A stretch of 64,000 bases of DNA from a virus. Taxonomy: Duplodnaviria; Caudoviricetes. Below are positions 27,449 through 37,487 of this stretch, in pieces. A program made the translations under genes and the position numbers. The stretch lies in IMG/VR virus record IMGVR_UViG_3300045391_001472, positions 7,736 through 71,735 of that record; one strand, 5' to 3'. The notes under the pieces are model-generated. The model made no database searches, was not told where the DNA came from, and was given only the letters and a program-made list of their open reading frames with translations. Every line of letters starts with the position of its first letter. Position 1 is the first letter of the stretch.

Positions 27449-28156
27449 ATGGCAGACTTTGTAATATATAAGATAGTATCTCCAAAAGGAAATGTATATA
27501 TAGGGAAAACAAATAGTTTTAAAAAGAGAATGGATTGGTATAGGTCTGGTTTCAAATTAGAAAAACAACCATTAATATGCAGGTCTATAAAAAAATATGG
27601 ATTACAAAATCACTCCATAGAAATAATAGATGAAATTAATGGTAATAATGATTTTGCATCTGACAAAGAAATGTTTTGGATTCGTTCTTATATGTCAAAT
27701 AGATGTAAATATCCTCAACAAAAAGGCTTGAATTTAACTGATGGCGGAGAAGGAATGTCGGGGTATAAACAAAGTGATGAAATGAAAAGGAGGTTATCTG
27801 AAAAAATGAAAAACAATCCAACTCAAATGACAAGGTTAAAAACATTAGCAGTTGGGCATATTGGTGCTTATAAAGGCAGGAAAAGACCATCGTGGGTTGG
27901 AGAAAAAATGTCTAAAACCACTAAGGGAAGACCGCTATCGTTAGCGCATAAGAAAGCATTAAGTTTAGCAAAAAAGGGCAAGAGGTCAAATAATAAAAGA
28001 CCAATATTAATATTTAAAAAAAGTGGAGAATTTGTCTCGGAATATTTATATGTGAAAGATGCCATAAAATCAATTAATGGTACACAAAGCGCAGTATATA
28101 AAGTATTAATTGGGGAAGCTACTCATCACAAAAATTATACATTTAAATATAAATAA
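27449..28156 (+). CDS. GIY-YIG homing endonuclease with NUMOD3-like repeats
   Basis: VIYKI...VYIGKT, GLNLTDGGEG, LSLAHKKALS. Confidence 0.9.
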   Translation: MADFVIYKIVSPKGNVYIGKTNSFKKRMDWYRSGFKLEKQPLICRSIKKYGLQNHSIEIIDEINGNNDFASDKEMFWIRSYMSNRCKYPQQKGLNLTDGGEGMSGYKQSDEMKRRLSEKMKNNPTQMTRLKTLAVGHIGAYKGRKRPSWVGEKMSKTTKGRPLSLAHKKALSLAKKGKRSNNKRPILIFKKSGEFVSEYLYVKDAIKSINGTQSAVYKVLIGEATHHKNYTFKYK

Positions 28157-28830
28157 TGAATTGGGACGTGAATATGGTGTATTTATTGTTACAAAAACTT
28201 TCTCGCAAAAACCAAGCGGGGGGAATTTCTGCTTCTGACTTTTTTTATATATGGAACGCAGAACAACAATCTTACTTTGATGATTTAACTGGAAGATGGC
28301 AAATAAGAAACAATACCAAAACCGGAATAAATACAGGGTTAGTGGTAGATGAAACCGTCTTACAAGATTTAGCTCCTTTCACAATTCCAATTACATTAAC
28401 TGTAAGCGCAGGAAAAGCATCAAAGCCAGATGATTTCTTTTTTAGGATGGCATTGAGGGCGGATGGGAAAAAAGTTCAATTCATTAATCCCGGACAAATA
28501 AGTTATGTAAACGAAAGCGTAATTGATACTCCAAGTATAGTTAATGGTAAATATTACGCAACAGAATATGAAGACTATTATTTAGTGCTTCCTTCGGCAA
28601 CACCAAGCATTGATTTAGATTATATCGCTACTCCAGAAGATGTAGTGTGGGGATATGTTTTTGATGCAGATGGAAGACAAATTTATAGCCCACTAAGAAG
28701 TGTGCAACCCAAGTGGGCAAATGCAACCATAATCACCATTACAAAAAGAGCATTTGATAATATGGGCGTAAGCTATAAAGATGCTGATTTTACAAATTTT
28801 GGAAGAACCGCACAAGTAAGCGGAGATTAA
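28156..28830 (+). CDS. head-tail adaptor / tail ring protein
   Basis: Position after the head genes; LDYIATPEDVVWGY motif. Confidence 0.6.
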   Translation: MNWDVNMVYLLLQKLSRKNQAGGISASDFFYIWNAEQQSYFDDLTGRWQIRNNTKTGINTGLVVDETVLQDLAPFTIPITLTVSAGKASKPDDFFFRMALRADGKKVQFINPGQISYVNESVIDTPSIVNGKYYATEYEDYYLVLPSATPSIDLDYIATPEDVVWGYVFDADGRQIYSPLRSVQPKWANATIITITKRAFDNMGVSYKDADFTNFGRTAQVSGD

Positions 28831-28841
28831 AATTTTAAACA

Positions 28842-29294
28842 ATGGCAAGTAGTTTAACAAGGTCAACATTAGCGGTAACGATTTCAGAGGTCATTACTCT
28901 GAATGACCAATTATTTAATAGTGAAAATCAAGCGTTGATTACTGATGTTTATAAGATTGATGAAAGAGGAATGTCGTTGCCAACGGATTCAGAAACTACT
29001 ATTTGTTTATTTGCTACGCAAGATGCAGCAGGAACGTTTGTAAGAGATAAAACAAAATATGTTCGTATCACTAATAAAGATACCGTAAACTATGCAAGGA
29101 TAAGAGTAAAGAAAAATGGAGCAGACGCTTTTGATATTCGGTTAGACCCTTCTCAATCAATGATGATGGGAAACGCAAAATTGAATGTATCGGAAACGGC
29201 TTCTTCATTTGTAACATTTCAGGATGCAGATACAATAAGCGGTCAGGGGTGTGGAGGAGCAGTAGATATTGATTATTTCATAGCATCAACTTAG
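28842..29294 (+). CDS. putative tail structural protein
   Basis: Beta-rich; KYVRITNKD motif; in tail module. Confidence 0.5.
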   Translation: MASSLTRSTLAVTISEVITLNDQLFNSENQALITDVYKIDERGMSLPTDSETTICLFATQDAAGTFVRDKTKYVRITNKDTVNYARIRVKKNGADAFDIRLDPSQSMMMGNAKLNVSETASSFVTFQDADTISGQGCGGAVDIDYFIAST

Positions 29295-29298
29295 AAAC

Positions 29299-29511
29299 AT
29301 GACAATAGATATTTCTTTAAAAGATTGGATTTTACAGATAACGGGTATTGAAATTTGGAAACAAAAAACTATTGGGAGAAGAAATCAAAATAATTCTCCC
29401 CAACCAGTTCACACCACACCAAATACTCCATCAGTAGAATCTGATTTTTTAATAACGGAAAATGGTAATTTCTTGATAACAGAAAATGACAACTTTTTAA
29501 TTACAGAATAA
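29299..29511 (+). CDS. small tail protein with triple FLITE repeat
   Basis: C-terminus SDFLITENGNFLITENDNFLITE. Confidence 0.6.
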   Translation: MTIDISLKDWILQITGIEIWKQKTIGRRNQNNSPQPVHTTPNTPSVESDFLITENGNFLITENDNFLITE

Positions 29512-29512
29512 G

Positions 29513-30172
29513 ATGGCTCAAATAGTATATACAAAGGCGCAGTTAGTTGAGAGGATTCAAAAACATTTGAACAATGGATTTCCGGGAAGTGACTGGAAAA
29601 TCTCAACAAATGAAATGCTATTGTATATTGATACTAACATTCCCTTTATTCTCAAGGGGCAAATGTTCGATAATGCTAAAGTTACGGGGGTAATTGATGT
29701 TCCTGAAGCCTTTCTTGTAACTTATAATTATACTATTTCTTCTCAAGATAATAATACAAAAGAGTGGTATATCACATTAGCCCAACCACCACTTGCTTTG
29801 CCAACAGGATATGATATTACACAGGTTTATTTAGCTAATCCTGCTGATGGAAAAAGCCAAAATGCGTACCCTATAAAAGTAAAAAGAGTTCCCTATAGAG
29901 ATTATATGCCAAAGCCAAATGGTTTTTTTTACAGAGTAAGTAATGGGCAAAAGCTTTATCTGAAAACAAGTGATGGAAGTTCTTTGTATGGGTATAGTTT
30001 ATTTGTTGAACAACCAGTAAGCAGGACAGATGATATTAATGCAGCAATGACATTACCAGATGATGCGATTGAAATGTTGTTTAATAAAACAGTAGCGACA
30101 ATATTACAGAGGTATAATATACCACAAGATATAGTGCAGGATAATTTACCAGCAGGAAATAAAACAAGTTAA
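29513..30172 (+). CDS. tail tubular/ring protein
   Basis: N-terminal helical QLVERIQKHL; C-terminal LPDDAIEML; tail module. Confidence 0.6.
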   Translation: MAQIVYTKAQLVERIQKHLNNGFPGSDWKISTNEMLLYIDTNIPFILKGQMFDNAKVTGVIDVPEAFLVTYNYTISSQDNNTKEWYITLAQPPLALPTGYDITQVYLANPADGKSQNAYPIKVKRVPYRDYMPKPNGFFYRVSNGQKLYLKTSDGSSLYGYSLFVEQPVSRTDDINAAMTLPDDAIEMLFNKTVATILQRYNIPQDIVQDNLPAGNKTS

Positions 30173-30174
30173 AC

Positions 30175-30453
30175 ATGGCATTTTCATCAGATGTTGTATT
30201 AACGCAATCTTATCTTGTTGTAACACCTGATTTGGATTTTACGCCTGAAGTATCATTGAGTGCGGTAGGAACAAATTTGGGGCAAGTGGTAGCATATAGT
30301 CCTTTGGTTGATGGAGTAAATGTTTATGATATTGTTTTGTTTATGGATAAAGGGCAGCAACAAATTTCACAACCAGAAACTAATTCGAGACTTATTTTAA
30401 TAGAATATAATGACATTATAATTGTTAATCATCCACCACCATTACCGCCATAA
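30175..30453 (+). CDS. small tail-associated protein
   Basis: ORF in tail module. Confidence 0.5.
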   Translation: MAFSSDVVLTQSYLVVTPDLDFTPEVSLSAVGTNLGQVVAYSPLVDGVNVYDIVLFMDKGQQQISQPETNSRLILIEYNDIIIVNHPPPLPP

Positions 30454-30456
30454 TAT

Positions 30457-30729
30457 ATGATAGTATTTTCTGGAACTACAACGGGTGAAGTTACTGAGGT
30501 GGCAAATGGTATTCCATTTGGAGTAATGTCATTCTCTATTGTGATGAATAGCGCAGGAAGTTTAGAGATTGCTATTGGTAATGATGATGGGTATGTAAAA
30601 ATATGGGCAGCAACAACTTTAAATACATTGGATAAAGTTTATAATGATGACCCAATAAGGGTGCAATCTGATAAAAAAATTAAGATAACAACAAGTAGTT
30701 CTTGTGATTATTATTTTTCAATAACATGA
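30457..30729 (+). CDS. small jelly-roll-like tail protein
   Basis: Beta-rich 90 aa ending CDYYFSIT. Confidence 0.5.
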   Translation: MIVFSGTTTGEVTEVANGIPFGVMSFSIVMNSAGSLEIAIGNDDGYVKIWAATTLNTLDKVYNDDPIRVQSDKKIKITTSSSCDYYFSIT

Positions 30730-33700
30730 GCATAGTTGTAATAGATAGATATGGTAATCGAAAGATTATAATGGTAACAACTTCGGTTGGAGTATCTGCT
30801 GTTACTTCTGCTCAACTTGCCGATGAGATTTCTGCTCGTTCTGCTGCTGATGCTGCTTTGTCTGTAAGAATTGATGGCGTAAGTGTTGGCGGAGCATCTG
30901 TTACTTCTGCTGAATATACTTCATTGGTTAATAGAGTTAGTTCTAATTCCACTCAAATGACTTCTGCGGATAATGCCATTAGCGCAGCCGTAGCAGTTGT
31001 TTCAGCTAATGTAACTTCTTTGGCTTCAGATGTTGGACGTATTTCTTTAAATGTTTCTGCAATGTCCACTAAGATTGATACGGTTAGTGCTGCGGTGGCT
31101 GTGGTATCTGCAAATGTTACTTCGCTTGCGTCTGATGTTGGGAGAATATCAACCAATGTTTCTGCTATCAGTACAAGAGTTGATGTTGTTTCAGCAAATG
31201 AAGCATCCTTAGCAAGTGATGTTGGAAGAATTAGTCTAAACGTATCTGCTATGTCCACAAAGATTGCAGATAATACTTCGGCAATTCAAGCCAATAGTGC
31301 GGATGTAACAAGTTTGAAAAATAGAGTTTCCGCAATATCGTCCAATGTAACATCTATTTCAGGAAGATTAGATACCGTATCGGCTGCGGTAACTTCTGTT
31401 GCTGCAACCGTATCAACTAAGAATCAAAAAATAACAATAGATAATCAGGGAAGTGCAACTATAACAGACCCTGCTACAATTAATTTCTTTGGTAATGCCG
31501 TTAGCACTTTTGTTAGTTCGGGAGTAACTAAGATAAATGTTTCTGCTGCGGCAGGAACAGGAAGTGTAACCTCTGCTGATTTTGTTTCATTAAGAAGTGT
31601 TGTGCAAGCTAATTCTGCTGATGTTACTTCGTTGAAAAATCGTGTAAGTGGAATATCTTCTAATGTTACCTCATTATCGGGAAGGGTAGATACAAATTCC
31701 GCCGACCTTACTTCATTCAAACAATCAATAAATAATTTTGGAGATGTTTCAATTTCTTCTCCAACATCCGCACAAGTATTAAGGTATGTAAGCGCAAGTG
31801 GTCAATGGGTAAATCAAACTATAACCGCAGGTGGTGGTAGTGTAACTTCTGCCGCTTATACTTCTTTGGTAGATAGAGTATCCGCAAATAGTACCCAAAT
31901 GACAAGTGCTGATAATGCTATTTCGGCAGCGGTAGCTGTGGTATCAGCAAATGTAACTTCTTTAGCCTCCGATGTTGGTCGAATATCATTAAATGTATCG
32001 GCAATGTCCACAACGATTGCCACCAATTCGGCTGACGTAACTTCTTTAAAAAATAGAGTATCTGCAATTTCATCTAATGTTACTTCTCTTTCAGGAAGGG
32101 TTGATACAAACAGCGCAGACGTTACATCATTAAAAGATAGGGTGTCCGCAAACTCAACAGTCGTAACAAATATTTCAGCAAATGTTACTTCAATCGCAGG
32201 ACGCTTAGATACTGTAAGTGCTAACGTAACTTCATTGGCAAGTGATGTAGGAAGAATAAGTTTGAATGTATCTGCAATGAGTACAAAAGTAGATACGGTT
32301 AGTGCGGCAGTTGCAACAGTTTCGGCAAATGTTACTTCTTTGGCATCGGATGTAGGAAGAATTTCTTTGAATGTTTCTGCCATGAGTACATTGGTGGCTA
32401 ATGTAAATTCAGCCGTACAAGCTAATAGCGCAGATGTAACTTCATTGAAAAATCGTGTTAGTGCAATATCAAGTAATGTAACTTCAATCGCAGGTCGTGT
32501 TGATACTAATTCGGCTGATGTGACAAGTTTAAAAGATAGGGTGTCTGCAATTTCTTCTGATTTAACATCTACACAAAATAGGGTAAGTACTATATCATCC
32601 AACGTAACTTCGATTTCTGGCAGAGTAGATACGGTATCAGCAAACGTTACAAGTCTTGCTTCCGATGTGGGAAGAATTTCAACTAACGTATCTGCAATGT
32701 CAACAAAAGTTGATACAGTAAGCGCAGCAGTAGCATCCGTTCAGTCTATTGTTAGCACACTTCAATTTCCCGCAATAGAATCAGTAACTACAAGTTCTTA
32801 TACATTTAGTGCGGGGGATAATGGGAAAGTGAAATATTTTACTTATTCAACAAGCGCAATCAATATAACCGTTCCCACCGGACTTGCTTCAGGATGGGAG
32901 GCCACTATATTTAGGGAAACAAATGCAAAATCAATAGTACTATCAGCAGCAGCAACAGTTTCGGTAGAGGCGCAAGCATTAACATTAGCAGCAGCAAAAA
33001 CAGCAGCTACGATTATACATAGGGGTTCAAATAATTTTATTGCAGTTGGAGCATTTGAACAAGCAACAGCAGGAGGTGGTGGTAGTGTAACAAGCGCAGA
33101 ATATGTTTCTTTAGTTGATAGAGTAAGCGCAATTTCATCAAACGTAACAAGTATTTCAGGCAGAGTAGATACTAATTCAGCTAATGTAACTTCTTTATCT
33201 GGCAGAGTTGATGCCAATTCTGCTCAAATGACATCAGCCGATAATGCTATCTCTGCGGCACAAGCAGCTACAAGTGCAGCCCAAAATGCCACATCCGCAA
33301 GAGTGCAAACCATATCAGCAGGATTAGGAGGAGTTCAGTTGGCTATTGTAGGTACGTTGCAATCTACTTCTGCTGCCGCATTAGCAAAAATAAGTGGGCT
33401 TAGTTTATCTCTTGCTGCTAATGCCGTTTATCAACTTGATGGATATTTTATGCACAACGGAAGTGCATTAAGTGTATTTGGTTTTGGTATTTCTACATCT
33501 GCTACTACTTTTTTAAATGTAACAGGAAGATGGTTCGGTAATTTCTCTATCGCTAATAATTTTGGAACAAGTTCTATGTCTGCAACTTTTGCACAAGTGG
33601 GATTCTTTAATGAAGCAAGTTTTGGGTCAGTAACGTATTCGGCATTGTGTTCTGTTAATGCTACACTCGGAACAGAAATAAAAGCATTAATAGCTACCAG

Positions 33701-33800
33701 TACAGCAGGGGGAAGTATTCAGTTTAAATTTAAGTCGGGAGGTAGTGGTGTGCTTAGAATATTGGCGGGTTCATTTGTAAAAGCATTTAAGTTGGCTTAA
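30726..33800 (+). CDS. Ser/Thr-rich coiled-coil tail fibre
   Basis: Heptads with V/I/L/M core; fibre motifs DVSISSPTSAQVLRY...W and YTFSAGDNGK...ITVPTGL; C-terminal beta domain. Confidence 0.8.
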   Translation: MSIVVIDRYGNRKIIMVTTSVGVSAVTSAQLADEISARSAADAALSVRIDGVSVGGASVTSAEYTSLVNRVSSNSTQMTSADNAISAAVAVVSANVTSLASDVGRISLNVSAMSTKIDTVSAAVAVVSANVTSLASDVGRISTNVSAISTRVDVVSANEASLASDVGRISLNVSAMSTKIADNTSAIQANSADVTSLKNRVSAISSNVTSISGRLDTVSAAVTSVAATVSTKNQKITIDNQGSATITDPATINFFGNAVSTFVSSGVTKINVSAAAGTGSVTSADFVSLRSVVQANSADVTSLKNRVSGISSNVTSLSGRVDTNSADLTSFKQSINNFGDVSISSPTSAQVLRYVSASGQWVNQTITAGGGSVTSAAYTSLVDRVSANSTQMTSADNAISAAVAVVSANVTSLASDVGRISLNVSAMSTTIATNSADVTSLKNRVSAISSNVTSLSGRVDTNSADVTSLKDRVSANSTVVTNISANVTSIAGRLDTVSANVTSLASDVGRISLNVSAMSTKVDTVSAAVATVSANVTSLASDVGRISLNVSAMSTLVANVNSAVQANSADVTSLKNRVSAISSNVTSIAGRVDTNSADVTSLKDRVSAISSDLTSTQNRVSTISSNVTSISGRVDTVSANVTSLASDVGRISTNVSAMSTKVDTVSAAVASVQSIVSTLQFPAIESVTTSSYTFSAGDNGKVKYFTYSTSAINITVPTGLASGWEATIFRETNAKSIVLSAAATVSVEAQALTLAAAKTAATIIHRGSNNFIAVGAFEQATAGGGGSVTSAEYVSLVDRVSAISSNVTSISGRVDTNSANVTSLSGRVDANSAQMTSADNAISAAQAATSAAQNATSARVQTISAGLGGVQLAIVGTLQSTSAAALAKISGLSLSLAANAVYQLDGYFMHNGSALSVFGFGISTSATTFLNVTGRWFGNFSIANNFGTSSMSATFAQVGFFNEASFGSVTYSALCSVNATLGTEIKALIATSTAGGSIQFKFKSGGSGVLRILAGSFVKAFKLA
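30900..33260 (+). repeat. intragenic heptad repeats of the fibre
   Basis: SLASDVGRIS x7, NSADVTSLK x6, QMTSADNAISAA x3 in the translation. Confidence 0.9.
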
Positions 33801-33811
33801 TAATATTTTTT

Positions 33812-36520
33812 ATGGAAGTAAAAGGCAAATTAGATTTTTCAGAAAAACATAAAACAAGCTATTGTATTCCGTCTGACATTAGAGACGTACAGATACTTAC
33901 CAATATTAAAAAAGTAAAAGAAAGAATACAACAAGAAGAATTAAAAGACGAGCCTATTGCTATTGTTGGTTTTGGTGGTTCTTTAAATGATACATGGGAA
34001 GAAATAGGAAAGTTTAAAAATATTTTTACTTGTTCGGGCGCACATAAATTTTTATTGGACAAAGGATTTAAATCAACCGATTTCAAAAGATGGATGCACA
34101 ATGATCTTGACCCAAGACCGCATAAAGTAAAACTTTTAGGAGATCCGCAAGATGGAATTGAATACTATGCAGCTTCAACTATCCATCCAAACTATATTGA
34201 TAAGTTAAATAGCTTTGATTTAAAACTATGGCACATATTCGCCAACGAAGATGATGGATTCAGAATATTGCCACATGGAGAATTTTTGTTTACAGGAGGG
34301 AGTGATGTAGGGATGAGAACATTAGTGCTTGCAAGATTCTTAGGGTATAGAGAATTTCATGTATTTGGATTTGATGGTAGCGTACACAAAGTATCGGGCT
34401 TCCATGCAGCCGAACACCCGAACAAACCGCCACATTGTTTTGAAGTAGAAATAAACGATAAAACATTTTTAACCACGCCAGCACTTCTTGAATGTGCAAA
34501 GCAATTACCAAGAGAGATAGACGAGCTTTCTGATGTAACAACTAAGTTTTATGGAGAAGGAATTGCCCAAGAAATAATGAGAGATTATAAAAGAAAGGCT
34601 AATTATAAATCGGGTTATTTATGGATGAATAAAGAAAGATTAATAAGTGATGAATATATAAACCTAAATGCCGAATTACACGAAAGAAATACAAGTTATG
34701 GAACTGGTGGAGCAAAACACGCAGAGACAGTAAAAAAACTTGTCAAAACATTAATCACAGAAGATAATCCAATTCCTTCTGTATTGGACTATGGCGCAGG
34801 GAAACAGTTTTTAGCAAAGGCATTACCATTCCCAATATGGTCTTATGACCCCGCTATTCCTGAAATTTCAGAGATACCCAAACCAGCAGACCTTACAATT
34901 TGCACAGATGTATTGGAACATATAGAACCTGACAAATTAAACTTTGTTTTACAGGATTTGAAAAGATGCGTTAAGCAAATTGGATATTTTGTTATCAGTA
35001 CAAGACAGGCAGTAAAAACGTATGCTAACGGCAAGAATACTCACTTGATTGTTAAAGATAGAAATTGGTGGGAAAAGATGTTGTCAAAATATTTTTCAAT
35101 CCCTCCAAATGGTATAACAGAAAAAAAAGACGTAAGTGAATTGCATATTGTGGTTGCACCAAAACTAACTGAAGAAAAAATAAAAGAAGATATAACTGAA
35201 GTGAATGGTATTAAATTCCATACACCAAATGAACTTACCAAATGGAGAGCCAATACCCTTCTCACAAAAGAACCATGTACGATTGAGTGGTTAAATGGGA
35301 TGAAAAAAGATGCTGTGTTTTTTGATGTAGGAGCTTGCGTAGGAAGTTATTCGATGATAGCCGCTAAGAATGGTATGCAAGTATATTCTTTTGAACCAGA
35401 GCCAGAAAATTTTGCATTACTTGAAAAGAATTTTGAACTAAACGGGTTTAATCCATCGGCATTTTGTATAGCAGCAAGCGATGAAAAAAAAGTAAGCAAT
35501 CTATATGTAACTAAAGGAGGTGCAGGACAAAGTTTTCATCAATTCGGAGAAGGGGAAAGTAAGATTAAGAAAATGTGTATGGGAGTTCCCCTTGATGATT
35601 TTTTAGAGATGGGATTGCCGCACCCTGATTATTTAAAAATTGATGTAGATGGATTTGAGCCAAAAGTAATTAAGGGCGCAGAAAAAATATTACAGAACGG
35701 ATTAACTTCTTTACTTGTAGAAGTAGATACCAATAATGAAGAACATAAAAAAATGGTAGAACATATTTGCTCATTAGGGTATGAGTATGATGAAAAGCAA
35801 GTAGATAAAGCAATGAGAAAAGAAGGAACATTTAAAGGAGTTGCCGAATATATTTTTAAAAAAATAAAGATGCCAACAAAAGACAGAATTACAGGCGAAG
35901 TCGTAGAGGACTTTCTGTTTATAAAAAAGGCTGAAATGATTGATTATCCATTTAATTATTTATACATTAATGGATTTTTTTCGCCTACCACATATAGCAA
36001 GCTGGTAAATAATTTTCCAGAAAAATACGAACCAATAGAAAAAACAAGAGGAACAAAGGGCTATCCAAAGAGGTTTACGGCTACTTTGGATAATGGGTAT
36101 TGGAAAGACGTTAGTGATGTTTTATTAGATGGCAAATTTAAAAAAGTTCTTTTAGATAAATTTAATATTAAGGGCGATGGATTTACGGAAGATTTATTAT
36201 TGGTTAGGGATTACGAAGGCTATCAAATACCACCACATACCGATTCATTAAGGAAGGTAATTACTGTTTTACTTTATTTACCAGAAGATAACAGCATCGA
36301 ACACGAAGGAACAAGTATCTATGTACCAAAAGAAAAAGGATTTACTTGTGATAAAGGGATTCATTACAATTTTGATGATTTTGAAAAGGTGTGGACTGCT
36401 CCATTTAAACCAAATTCAGCATTAATATTCGCAAGAACAAATAACAGTTTTCATGGAGTAGAGCCAACAAACAGTCAAGTAGAAAGAAATGTTTTATTGT
36501 ATAATATTAATAAGAAATGA
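33812..36520 (+). CDS. four-domain enzyme: Maf/MptE-like (DUF115) + SAM MTase + FkbM MTase + 2OG-Fe(II) oxygenase
   Basis: IAIVGFGGSL...GGSDVG...LGYREFHVFGFD; VLDYGAGK...CTDVLEHIEP; FDVGACVG...FEPEP...KIDVDGFE; PPHTD...SFHGV...RNVL. Confidence 0.8.
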   Translation: MEVKGKLDFSEKHKTSYCIPSDIRDVQILTNIKKVKERIQQEELKDEPIAIVGFGGSLNDTWEEIGKFKNIFTCSGAHKFLLDKGFKSTDFKRWMHNDLDPRPHKVKLLGDPQDGIEYYAASTIHPNYIDKLNSFDLKLWHIFANEDDGFRILPHGEFLFTGGSDVGMRTLVLARFLGYREFHVFGFDGSVHKVSGFHAAEHPNKPPHCFEVEINDKTFLTTPALLECAKQLPREIDELSDVTTKFYGEGIAQEIMRDYKRKANYKSGYLWMNKERLISDEYINLNAELHERNTSYGTGGAKHAETVKKLVKTLITEDNPIPSVLDYGAGKQFLAKALPFPIWSYDPAIPEISEIPKPADLTICTDVLEHIEPDKLNFVLQDLKRCVKQIGYFVISTRQAVKTYANGKNTHLIVKDRNWWEKMLSKYFSIPPNGITEKKDVSELHIVVAPKLTEEKIKEDITEVNGIKFHTPNELTKWRANTLLTKEPCTIEWLNGMKKDAVFFDVGACVGSYSMIAAKNGMQVYSFEPEPENFALLEKNFELNGFNPSAFCIAASDEKKVSNLYVTKGGAGQSFHQFGEGESKIKKMCMGVPLDDFLEMGLPHPDYLKIDVDGFEPKVIKGAEKILQNGLTSLLVEVDTNNEEHKKMVEHICSLGYEYDEKQVDKAMRKEGTFKGVAEYIFKKIKMPTKDRITGEVVEDFLFIKKAEMIDYPFNYLYINGFFSPTTYSKLVNNFPEKYEPIEKTRGTKGYPKRFTATLDNGYWKDVSDVLLDGKFKKVLLDKFNIKGDGFTEDLLLVRDYEGYQIPPHTDSLRKVITVLLYLPEDNSIEHEGTSIYVPKEKGFTCDKGIHYNFDDFEKVWTAPFKPNSALIFARTNNSFHGVEPTNSQVERNVLLYNINKK

Positions 36521-36524
36521 AAAA

Positions 36525-36746
36525 ATGAGTACTTGTGTTGAAAAATCCATAAGGATAGAAATAACAAAAAAGATAAAAGGATTGCCGTATAAAAAAGGAG
36601 AAATTCTTAACGTTACCAAATCGTTAATGAGGCAACATAATGGAAAGTTGTATTATAGCAAGGAATATTATGATTATGAAGTGCCAAATGGACGTGGCAT
36701 ATTATTCCATGAAATCCCTATAAAACATTGTAAAGTAATAAAATGA
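36525..36746 (+). CDS. hypothetical protein
   Basis: Start at MSTCVEK; ATGA overlap with the next gene. Confidence 0.45.
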   Translation: MSTCVEKSIRIEITKKIKGLPYKKGEILNVTKSLMRQHNGKLYYSKEYYDYEVPNGRGILFHEIPIKHCKVIK

Positions 36747-37483
36747 AAAAGTACAATATATACATGGGATATGACAGCCGTGAAAAGTTAGCTTATGAAG
36801 TAGCTAAATTCTCTATCCTTCAAAGAACAAATGATAAAGAAGTGAATATCATTCCCATTGATCGCTTCACCACTAAGAGCATTTTAAAACGTCCTGTAAG
36901 AATAGAAGGTTATCAATTATATGATGAGATTTCAAGTGCTCCAATGAGTACAGATTTTGCAATTGCAAGATTTTGTGTGCCATTTTTACAAAATGAAGGA
37001 TGGGCATTATTCATTGATTCAGATATTATCTGCCTTGAAGATATACGAAAACTATTTTCATTAGTAGATGATAAATACGCTGTGATGTGTGTGAAACATA
37101 GCCATATTCCAAAATCAGATGAAAAATTCCACGATGCCGGAATGATACAAACTACCTATGAAAAAAAGAATTGGTCAAGTTGCATTTTATTCAACTGTTC
37201 TCATCCTGCAAACAAAAATCTTACGCTTGAAAAATTAAATACATGGAGAGGGTTAGACCTTCATCAATTCAAGTGGTTGCAAGAAAGTGAAATTGGGGAA
37301 TTAAATCAGGAATGGAACTTTTTAGTAGAAGTGAATGAGGGAAATTTGGAAGAACAGAAAATATTGCATTACACAAACGGTCAGCCCGGATGGGGCGAAA
37401 AATGGATTCCACATCCAACAGATTATATGTGGAATAAAGAGTATCAAAATTATCGTGAACAATATTATGGAGTAGCACTTTAA
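36743..37483 (+). CDS. GT8-like glycosyltransferase
   Basis: GYDSRE, STDFAIARF, ALFIDSD (DxD), NWSSCILFNC, EWNFLV, HYTNG. Confidence 0.8.
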   Translation: MKKYNIYMGYDSREKLAYEVAKFSILQRTNDKEVNIIPIDRFTTKSILKRPVRIEGYQLYDEISSAPMSTDFAIARFCVPFLQNEGWALFIDSDIICLEDIRKLFSLVDDKYAVMCVKHSHIPKSDEKFHDAGMIQTTYEKKNWSSCILFNCSHPANKNLTLEKLNTWRGLDLHQFKWLQESEIGELNQEWNFLVEVNEGNLEEQKILHYTNGQPGWGEKWIPHPTDYMWNKEYQNYREQYYGVAL

Positions 37484-37487
37484 AAAA

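Noticed and set aside
11440-28160. Group I introns around the homing endonucleases
   Set aside because: Each endonuclease ORF abuts or overlaps intact neighbours, leaving no room for a ribozyme core, and the flanking genes are not split.
31080-32730. D-T-V sequons in the coiled-coil fibre as host O-glycosylation sites
   Set aside because: This fibre has no signal peptide and the motifs come from one repeated heptad, so periplasmic host glycosylation is unlikely.
33812-37483. 2OG oxygenase plus glycosyltransferase as a TET/JBP-type DNA hypermodification system
   Set aside because: Deprioritised, not excluded: the oxygenase looks like a prolyl-hydroxylase-type domain, is fused to glycan-type methyltransferases, and sits in the tail module rather than with DNA metabolism genes.
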